Below are positions 28,966 through 35,942 of a stretch of DNA of 64,000 bases, in pieces. Under the pieces are notes generated by a model. It was not told where the DNA came from and did no database searches. It saw only the letters and a list, made by a program, of their open reading frames with translations. Source of the DNA: an uncultured Verrucomicrobiota bacterium (lineage in GTDB: Bacteria; Verrucomicrobiota; Verrucomicrobiia; Limisphaerales; UBA9464). The stretch's first letter is position 1, and every line of letters begins with the position of its first letter. The stretch spans positions 10,088-74,087 of the forward strand of contig CAZGIK010000021.1 in the NCBI GenBank assembly GCA_964525755.1, read 5' to 3'. The position numbers were made by a program, and so were the translations under genes.

Positions 28966-30393
28966 ATGAGCGCGCTGTTCCTCTCGCCGCCGAGCTTCGA
29001 CGGATTCGACGGCGGCGCCGGGTCGCGCTACCAGGCGCGTCGGGAGGTCACCAGCTTCTGGTATCCGACCTGGCTCGCCCAGCCGGCCGCCCTGGTGCCC
29101 GGGTCCCGCCTGCTGGACTGTCCGCCGCACGGGATCGGCCTCGGGGAGTGCCTGCGGCTCGCCGAGGGGCACGAGCACATCATCCTCCACACCTCCACCC
29201 CCACCCTGCGCAACGACTGCCGGGTGGCCGAGGCGATCAAGGAGCGGAACCCCTCCGCCCGCATCGGCTTCGTGGGCGCCCACCCGGCGGTGCTCCCCAC
29301 CGAGACCCTCCGGTCCTCGCCCGCCATCGACTGGGTGGGCCGCCGCGAGTTCGACTTCACCTGCCGCGAGGTGTGCGAGGGACGTCCCATGGAACAGATC
29401 GCCGGGCTCAGCTTCCGCAAGGACGGCCGGGTGATCCACAACCCGGAGCGCGAGCTGATCCACGACATGGATGCGCTGCCGTGGGTGGCCGACGTCTACC
29501 GGCGCGACCTCGACATCAGCCGCTACTTCATCGGCTACCTCCTGCATCCGTACATCAGCCTGTACACCGGCCGGGGATGTCCGGCCCAGTGCACGTTCTG
29601 CCTGTGGCCGCAGACGATCGGCGGGCATCGGTACCGGGTGCGTTCCGCCGGGAACGTGGCGGCGGAGATGGCCTACCTGAAGGCGGCGTTCCCGCAGGTG
29701 AAGGAGTTCTTCTTCGACGACGACACGTTCACCGCCAACCTGCCGCGGGCCCGGGAGATCGCGCGGCGGATCGCGCCGCTCGGGCTCACCTGGTCCTGCA
29801 ACAGCCGGGCGAACCTCGAGGAGGACACCATCCGCGAGCTGCGCGACGCCGGGTTGCGACTCTTCCTGGTGGGGTACGAGACCGGGAACGAGGACATCCT
29901 GCGCCGGATCAAGAAGGGGGTGACCCTGGACGAGATGCGCCGCTTCACCCGGGCCTGCCACCGCGCGGGGGTGGTGATCCACGGGACGTTCATCCTCGGC
30001 CTGCCGGTGGAGACGCCGGAGACGATCGAGAACACCATCCGCTTCGCCCAGGAACTGGATGTGTTCAGCATCCAGGTCTCGCTCGCGGCGCCGTATCCGG
30101 GGACCGAGCTGTACGAGATGGCCCGCCAGAACGGCTGGCTGGTGCGGCGGGACAAGTCCGACATCCTCCAGCAGCACGGCTTCCAGCACAGCGCCCTGGA
30201 GTACCCGGGCCTGTCGGCCGCCGAGATCTACGAGGGGGTCGAGCGGTTCTACCACCGGTACTTCCTCCGGCCCGGCCCGATCCTGCGCATCCTCCGGACC
30301 ATGCTGGAGGACAAGCAGGTGTTCGTCCGCCGCTGCCGCGAGGGCTTCGAGTTCTTCCGCAGCATGTCCCAGCGCCGCGACGGCCGGTCGTAG
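28966..30393 (+). CDS. hpnJ: Hopanoid biosynthesis-associated B12-binding radical SAM protein
   Basis: In-frame tail of track ORF 28843..30393(+), from MSALFLSPPSFDGFDGGAGSRYQARREVTSFWYPTWLAQPAAL. It also has YTGRGCPAQCTFCLWPQT and QVKEFFFDDDTFT. It is near-identical in pattern to the HpnJ I recall. Confidence 0.88.
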   Translation: MSALFLSPPSFDGFDGGAGSRYQARREVTSFWYPTWLAQPAALVPGSRLLDCPPHGIGLGECLRLAEGHEHIILHTSTPTLRNDCRVAEAIKERNPSARIGFVGAHPAVLPTETLRSSPAIDWVGRREFDFTCREVCEGRPMEQIAGLSFRKDGRVIHNPERELIHDMDALPWVADVYRRDLDISRYFIGYLLHPYISLYTGRGCPAQCTFCLWPQTIGGHRYRVRSAGNVAAEMAYLKAAFPQVKEFFFDDDTFTANLPRAREIARRIAPLGLTWSCNSRANLEEDTIRELRDAGLRLFLVGYETGNEDILRRIKKGVTLDEMRRFTRACHRAGVVIHGTFILGLPVETPETIENTIRFAQELDVFSIQVSLAAPYPGTELYEMARQNGWLVRRDKSDILQQHGFQHSALEYPGLSAAEIYEGVERFYHRYFLRPGPILRILRTMLEDKQVFVRRCREGFEFFRSMSQRRDGRS

Positions 30394-30523
30394 CGCGGGA
30401 GGCGCCGGGGGCTGGAGGGGCGGGATTCCGAAGTCGGGAGATTTCCAGTTGACCCCCGACGGGCGGTTTGGAGACAAAATCGTCCACTCGTTACCTGAGT
30501 CACCCTGTTCCGAAGATTTGCCC

Positions 30524-33500
30524 ATGCCCCGAGGTACACGCCGTCGAGCGATCACACCGCCGCGTCCGGTCAACACGACCAAGTACGACGCCCATCATCG
30601 CGTCCTCACCAGCACCTACGGGTCGTTCGCCGACCTGCGGCGCGAGCTGGCCGACTCCAAGGAGAAGGTGGCCGAGCGGGAGAAGGTGCTGGGGCAGCTG
30701 AGCGAGACCGTCGATCCGCAGCGGGCCTACCTGCTGTTCGACGACTACCTGGAGAAGCTGTCGCTGCGACGATCGGATTTCGGCCAGCACGACTGGTGGT
30801 CGCGGATCCAGGATGCCGCCGGGAACCGGCGGCTGGAGGAGGTGGCGATGCTGTTCCTGCGGTCGAACCGGTCGCTGCCCACCGAGCTGGTGCCGCATGC
30901 GAACTTCGAGCGGTTCGCCGAGGTGGAGCAGTCGGAGAAGGAATCGGGGTTTGTCGCGGCGCTGGAGAGCTGGCTGTTTCCGCCGAACCATTCCCATCTC
31001 GACTCCCCCCGGGCGGCCCTGCGGGTGGTGTGCGAGCCGCAGGCGTTGGCGCCCGACGTCAACCAGTGGCGGCTCGGGATCCGGTTCCTCCTGTTCCGGA
31101 GCCGGTCGGGCGAGAAGGAACGGTTCATCCCCGACCTGTGCGAGCTGCGCACGCGGGCGGCCCATGAGGCCGAGCTGTTCCCGGCCGAGGACTGGAGGGT
31201 GATCGACTGGCTCCATGCCAACTGGCCGACCCGGGTCGCGGCCGGGGAACGGCTGGTCATCGACGGCACCGACCTGCTGGTGTGGCTGGCGCAGTTCGGA
31301 CACGGCCAGCGGCTCGAGTGCCCGGGAATGTCCGACGGACTGTCCTTCCTCGGACGGATCGCCGAGCTGAAGCCGCGGCTGGACACGGTCGACGGCGAGC
31401 TGAGCTTCACCCACGTGCTGCACCTGCCCGACGGCCGGCAGGAGGCGCTGCCCGGGTGCCGGTTCATGTCGGGCGAGCCGCCGCTGGTGCTGGTGGGGAA
31501 CGAGTTCTTCCTCCTCCGCAACGCGCCCCCCCCCTCGCTCCTCGGCCCCTGGGCACAGCGGCCCATCGTTCCCGTCCGACGCCTCTCGCAGCGGCTCCTG
31601 ACCGAGCTGCGCCGGACGCAGTCGGTCGGCGACGGCGCCGCGGCCTGGGACCAGCTGTGCGAGACCCACACGGCCCGTCCGCAGTTCGTGTTCGAGCTGG
31701 CCGACGAGGTCGTGCGCCTGCGCCTCCTGGCCACCAGCGATGTGGACGGGTCGGAATGGCAGTGGAACGGGCACGAGTGGCAGCGGGTGGTGGCCCGGCG
31801 GAAGGACGGCGACGGCCGGCCGGAGCTGCTTGACGATCCCCGGCTGGCCCCGGCGGTGGAGTGGCTGCAGCGGCTCGACTGGTTCACGCCCGATCCGGGG
31901 CTGTGGGTGGGCGACGCCAACGAGAACTTCCTCTCCGCCCTGGCGTTCGCCTGGGCCGACCGCCCGGAGGAGGCCGACTTCCTCGGCAACCCGCCCTTCC
32001 AGCGCCTCTTCCTCAACCGCCGCGTGGTCAAGCCCAAGCTGGTCCTGCGCGGGTCGGGGATCGACTGGCTGTCGGTCTCGGCCGAGTGGGAGGCCGAGGG
32101 GATGCGGCTGTCGCCGGCCGATGTGCGTCGGCTGGCCCAGGCGACGACCCGTTTCGTGAAGCTGCCCGACGGGGGCTGGGTGGAGATCGACGTGGAGGCC
32201 AACCGCAAGGCCCATGAGACGGCGGCGACGCTGGGCCTGGAGGGGCTGAGCGACGAGTCGCAGAAGGCCTCGCTGCTGCATGCCACGCAGCTGGACGAGG
32301 CGACGCTGGACGAGATGGGCACCCGCAAGGTGGTGGCGGCGCTGCGGGAGAAGCTGGCGAACTTCCGCGGGGTGCCCGACACCCCGCTGCCGGACAACAT
32401 CCACGCGGAGCTCCGTCCGTACCAGAAGGAGGGCTTCGACTTCCTGTGCAACCTCTCGCGGCTCCGGCTGGGCGGGATCCTGGCCGACGACATGGGCCTC
32501 GGGAAGACGCTCCAGACGCTGACGTGGCTGACCTGGCTCCACGCCAATGCGCCGAAGAAGGACCGCAAGCCCTCGCTGGTCATCTGCCCGGCCTCGGTGC
32601 TGCACAACTGGCGGCGTGAGGCGGAGAAGTTCGTGCCGCACCTCAAGGTGCTCGTCCTCCAGTCCGGCCAGGCCCGCCACAACCTGCGTCGCCAGATCCC
32701 CGAACACGACATCGTGGTCACCAACTACGCCATCCTCCGGCGCGACCTGGAGGAGCTGGGCAAGTTCCCGTTCCGGGCGCTGATCCTCGACGAGGCGCAG
32801 TTCATCAAGAACCCGAACGCCCAGGTCACCCTGGCGGTGAAGGAGATCGAGGCCGACCAGCGGCTGGCCCTGACCGGCACGCCCCTGGAGAACCGGATGC
32901 TCGACCTGTGGTCGATCGTCGACTTCATCCAGCCCGGCTACCTGGGCAACCAGACCAGCTTCCAGGAGACCTACGAGCCCAAGGGTGAGGGGGCGGATTG
33001 GGAGCAGGCGACCGCCCGGCGCCGGCTCAGCGCGCGGCTGCGGCCGCTGATGCTGCGCCGCCTCAAGCGGCAGGTGGCGAAGGATCTGCCCGACCGGATC
33101 GAGGAGCGGCGGGACTGCGAGCTCGACGACGAGCAGCGCAAGCTCTACCTGGCCGAGCTGCGGCGGAGCCGTGAGCAGGTCATGAAGACCCTGCAGGAGA
33201 AGGGCGTGGCGAAGTCCAAGATGCACGTCCTCGCGGCCCTCACCCGCCTGCGGCAGATCTGCTGCCATCCGCGCCTGGTCGGCAACAGCACCCCCTCGGG
33301 CAAGACCGACACCCTGTTCGAGCTGCTCGAGCCGATCCTCGCCTCCGGCAACAAGGTCCTGCTGTTCTCCCAGTTCGTGGAGATGCTCAAGCTGCTCGAG
33401 GCGGCCTGCAAGGAGCGGGGGATCCCCACCCACATCCTCACCGGCGAGACCAAGGGCCGGCAGGAGGTGGTGAACGCGTTCCAGGCGGACCCGAATCCCG

Positions 33501-33805
33501 GCGTGTTCCTCCTCTCGCTGCGCGCCGCCGGAACCGGACTCAACCTCACCACCGCCAGCTATGTCGTCCTGTACGACCCGTGGTGGAACCCCGCGGTCGA
33601 GGCCCAGGCGATCGACCGCTCGCATCGCATCGGCCAGACCCGCACGGTGAACGCCTACCGGCTCATCACTCCGGGCACGGTCGAGGAGAAGATCTGGGAG
33701 CTCCAGCAGCGCAAGGCCCAGACGATCCAGGACGTGCTGGGCGAGGAGGGCTTCGCCACCAACCTCAGCCGCGACGACCTGGAGTACCTCTTCAGCGAGG
33801 ATTGA
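30524..33805 (+). CDS. SNF2-family ATP-dependent helicase with a ~620-aa N-terminal region (YwqA/SNF2-associated type)
   Basis: In-frame tail of track ORF 30059..33805(+), from MPRGTRRRAITPP. Helicase motifs are LADDMGLGKT (I), LILDEAQFIKN (II), LTGTPLEN (III) and QAIDRSHRIGQ (VI). The segment GIDWLSVSAEWEAEGMRLSPADVRRL...VKLPDGGWVEID resembles the bacterial SNF2-associated domain. Confidence 0.9.
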   Translation: MPRGTRRRAITPPRPVNTTKYDAHHRVLTSTYGSFADLRRELADSKEKVAEREKVLGQLSETVDPQRAYLLFDDYLEKLSLRRSDFGQHDWWSRIQDAAGNRRLEEVAMLFLRSNRSLPTELVPHANFERFAEVEQSEKESGFVAALESWLFPPNHSHLDSPRAALRVVCEPQALAPDVNQWRLGIRFLLFRSRSGEKERFIPDLCELRTRAAHEAELFPAEDWRVIDWLHANWPTRVAAGERLVIDGTDLLVWLAQFGHGQRLECPGMSDGLSFLGRIAELKPRLDTVDGELSFTHVLHLPDGRQEALPGCRFMSGEPPLVLVGNEFFLLRNAPPPSLLGPWAQRPIVPVRRLSQRLLTELRRTQSVGDGAAAWDQLCETHTARPQFVFELADEVVRLRLLATSDVDGSEWQWNGHEWQRVVARRKDGDGRPELLDDPRLAPAVEWLQRLDWFTPDPGLWVGDANENFLSALAFAWADRPEEADFLGNPPFQRLFLNRRVVKPKLVLRGSGIDWLSVSAEWEAEGMRLSPADVRRLAQATTRFVKLPDGGWVEIDVEANRKAHETAATLGLEGLSDESQKASLLHATQLDEATLDEMGTRKVVAALREKLANFRGVPDTPLPDNIHAELRPYQKEGFDFLCNLSRLRLGGILADDMGLGKTLQTLTWLTWLHANAPKKDRKPSLVICPASVLHNWRREAEKFVPHLKVLVLQSGQARHNLRRQIPEHDIVVTNYAILRRDLEELGKFPFRALILDEAQFIKNPNAQVTLAVKEIEADQRLALTGTPLENRMLDLWSIVDFIQPGYLGNQTSFQETYEPKGEGADWEQATARRRLSARLRPLMLRRLKRQVAKDLPDRIEERRDCELDDEQRKLYLAELRRSREQVMKTLQEKGVAKSKMHVLAALTRLRQICCHPRLVGNSTPSGKTDTLFELLEPILASGNKVLLFSQFVEMLKLLEAACKERGIPTHILTGETKGRQEVVNAFQADPNPGVFLLSLRAAGTGLNLTTASYVVLYDPWWNPAVEAQAIDRSHRIGQTRTVNAYRLITPGTVEEKIWELQQRKAQTIQDVLGEEGFATNLSRDDLEYLFSED

Positions 33806-34229
33806 CGTCCGGGCGACCGGGGCCCGGCCGGTGCCGGGCCCAGTCGCCGCCCGGGATCACCGGGAGGCCCCGCGGGTCCCGGTTGTACACGTAGACCCAG
33901 GCGTGCGGCACGGGACCGTCCACCGGACGCCATTCCCGCCGGTACAGCGAATCCTCCGGCCGGCCGGGATGGCAGTCCTCGTAGGCATCCAGGGTGGCGA
34001 GGACCGTCCGGTCCTCGGCGACGTGGATGTCGGCGACGATGCTCCCGGGGCCGTCCACCAGGGCGGGATACTCGCCGCAGTCGACCAGCGTCCCGTCGAT
34101 GCGTCCGGGCCCGAGGCGCCGCAGGCGCCCGGCGATGCCCAGCAGCTCCTGCGCGCCGAAGCCGGGCCGGAGCGAACCGTAGAAGGCCACGCACAGGCGC
34201 TCGGGGAGGGCTGTGGGGGAGGGGTTCAT
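33792..34229 (-). CDS. Gamma-glutamylcyclotransferase/AIG2-like family protein
   Basis: MNPSPTALPERLCVAFYGSLRPG has the YGSL motif. ...LVDCGEYPALV...DAYE... has the conserved Glu context. The 3' end overlaps the SNF2 gene end by 14 nt (convergent). Confidence 0.7.
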   Translation of the reverse strand: MNPSPTALPERLCVAFYGSLRPGFGAQELLGIAGRLRRLGPGRIDGTLVDCGEYPALVDGPGSIVADIHVAEDRTVLATLDAYEDCHPGRPEDSLYRREWRPVDGPVPHAWVYVYNRDPRGLPVIPGGDWARHRPGPGRPDVNPR

Positions 34230-34267
34230 TCCGGAGAGGGGTTCATGCCGGGGAGGGGATTGCTCAT
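34226..34267 (-). other. 13-codon mini-ORF (MSNPLPGMNPSPE) linked by ATGA overlaps to both flanking genes
   Basis: Its ATG (34267-65) overlaps the TGA of the bPH gene (34266-64). Its TGA (34228-26) overlaps the ATG of the GGCT-like gene (34229-27). It contains a 17-nt-period duplication of GAGGGGTTCAT (34219-29 and 34236-46), so it repeats the GGCT N-terminus MNPSP. Confidence 0.35.
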
Positions 34268-35082
34268 GACCGTCCTGTGAGCCCGTCCCGCAGGGCCCGC
34301 ACCTCGGCCAGCACCTCGCGGGCGGCGGCCAGCGCCCCGTCCCCGTCGACCGGGACGTCCGCGGGTCCGGGGTCGGATGCGGGTTCGTCGGGATCCCCCA
34401 GCCCGCTCTCCCGCAGGGCGCGGAGGCGGGCCAGCATGAGGTCGCGGATCTCCTCGGCGTTGTCGACCCCGCGGAGGACGCCGGTGTGGAAGGATTCGCC
34501 GACGTGCCCGCCGCCTTCCCCGTGGGCCGCGGTCCCGCCCCCGCCGCCGCCGGCGGTGGTGATGACCAGGTCGCGCAGGCCGAGGAGGCGTTGCAGCGGG
34601 CCCTGTCGGAGGCTGATGTTCTGGATGTTGGCGAAGCTCACCGTCATCTCCCGCACCCGGGTGAGCCCCTCGCGGATCCGGAGGCTGCGGTCGGTCACCA
34701 TGTACCAGCGCATCTCGTAGTCGAGGACCACCAGGGCGTAGGTGAAGGGCATCTGGACCAGGGCCACGACGAGGCCGACCACCTCGATGACGAGCATCCA
34801 GCCGAGGGCGCTGTCGAGGTGCAGGCCCTGGGGCAGGGTGGCCTCGCCCCCATCGGCAAGGTGGGCCGGGAGGACGGCGTGGATGGCGACCACCCACGCG
34901 GCGATGGCGGCGAGGACCACCATCTGGCGCATCGCCCAGAGGGCGCGCTTCAGGCGGAAGTAGTTCCAGGCGGCGCGGAAGCATCGGAGCGATCCCGGGG
35001 ACCCGGAGGGCGGCTCCGGCTCGGGGGGGACCTTCAGCGCCCGCAGGACCAGCGCGCGCGGGCCGGCGAACCCGTCGCTCAC
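34264..35082 (-). CDS. Membrane protein with bacterial PH domain (bPH_2; YdbT-like)
   Basis: In-frame tail of track ORF 34264..35952(-), from GTG 35082 (VSDGFAGPRALVLR...). It has two TM helices and then MTVSFANIQNISLRQGPLQRLLGLRDLVITTAGGG (bPH_2 signature). GTGA overlap with the upstream gene. Confidence 0.65.
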   Translation of the reverse strand: MSDGFAGPRALVLRALKVPPEPEPPSGSPGSLRCFRAAWNYFRLKRALWAMRQMVVLAAIAAWVVAIHAVLPAHLADGGEATLPQGLHLDSALGWMLVIEVVGLVVALVQMPFTYALVVLDYEMRWYMVTDRSLRIREGLTRVREMTVSFANIQNISLRQGPLQRLLGLRDLVITTAGGGGGGTAAHGEGGGHVGESFHTGVLRGVDNAEEIRDLMLARLRALRESGLGDPDEPASDPGPADVPVDGDGALAAAREVLAEVRALRDGLTGRS

Positions 35083-35636
35083 AAGCCCTCCCTCCCGCCC
35101 AGGTCCTCCCGCAATCCCCGCAACTCCGAGGCCACCTCGCGGAGCACCCCGGCGAGTTCGGCCGACCCGACGCCGGCCGACCCGGCCGGGGGGGCATCCG
35201 ATGGCCCCCGCCGCCGGACCGGATCCTGGGTGCCCCGCATCCGCCGGTAGAGGAACGTCCGGATCTCCTCGAACTGCTTCAGCCCCTCGATGGTCATCTC
35301 CGGGGTGGCGCTGCCGCTGGCCGTCTGGATCTGGATCCGTGCCAGGCCGAGCCAGCGTTCGATGAAGTTGGAGGTCAGGTGGATGTCCTGGATGCGGGCG
35401 TAGTTCAGGATGATCTCGCGTCGGAACAGGATCCCCCATCGCATCGACACCCCCTCGTCGTCGAACCGGTACCGGAGCGTGTGGTACCGGAAGTACCCGT
35501 GCAGCCAGACGGCGATGGCGAGCGGGGGGAAGAGCATCATGGGGATGCACCCCAGGGTGTAGTAGAGCAGCAGCGACCGGTCGGGCCGCTCGATCGCGAA
35601 CAGGTCGGAGTCGGGGTCGGTCGGTGGAGGATTCAT
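35079..35636 (-). CDS. Membrane protein with bacterial PH domain (bPH_2; YdbS-like)
   Basis: In-frame tail of track ORF 35079..36014(-), from MNPPPTDPDSDLFAIERPDRSLLLYYTLGCIP. It has a TM hairpin and then REIILNYARIQDIHLTSNFIERWLGLARIQIQTASG. Confidence 0.7.
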   Translation of the reverse strand: MNPPPTDPDSDLFAIERPDRSLLLYYTLGCIPMMLFPPLAIAVWLHGYFRYHTLRYRFDDEGVSMRWGILFRREIILNYARIQDIHLTSNFIERWLGLARIQIQTASGSATPEMTIEGLKQFEEIRTFLYRRMRGTQDPVRRRGPSDAPPAGSAGVGSAELAGVLREVASELRGLREDLGGREGL

Positions 35637-35942
35637 GGCGGGCTCCCGGGGGGGATGCTGCGGGAGTGTCGCCCGACGGGCAAGCCGGGGGCTCCCCGGC
35701 CGTTGCGGGGCGGAAGTGTTCCGTTCCCGCCGCAGGGCACCCGGCGACCTGCCCGCGCGGGATCCAAGTTGCCGCTTGAGACCCGCCGTCCCCCCCTCCA
35801 GCCTTCCTATGGTCCACCGACCGAATGACCCCGCTGAACGCCATCCGTCCGGGCCACCCGGCATCCCCGCGCGCGGAACATTCGGCGACGTGCTGCGGCC
35901 ATTCCTCCCGATCCGGTCCACCTCCGTCCTCGGAACCCTCCC

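Noticed and set aside
30524-32400. SWIM zinc finger or a defence-system context (DISARM/BREX-like) for the SNF2 helicase.
   Set aside because: There is no CxC...CxH pattern in the N-terminal region. Neighbouring genes are hpnJ and a GGCT-like gene, with no methyltransferase, PLD nuclease, DUF1998 or PglZ-type partners.
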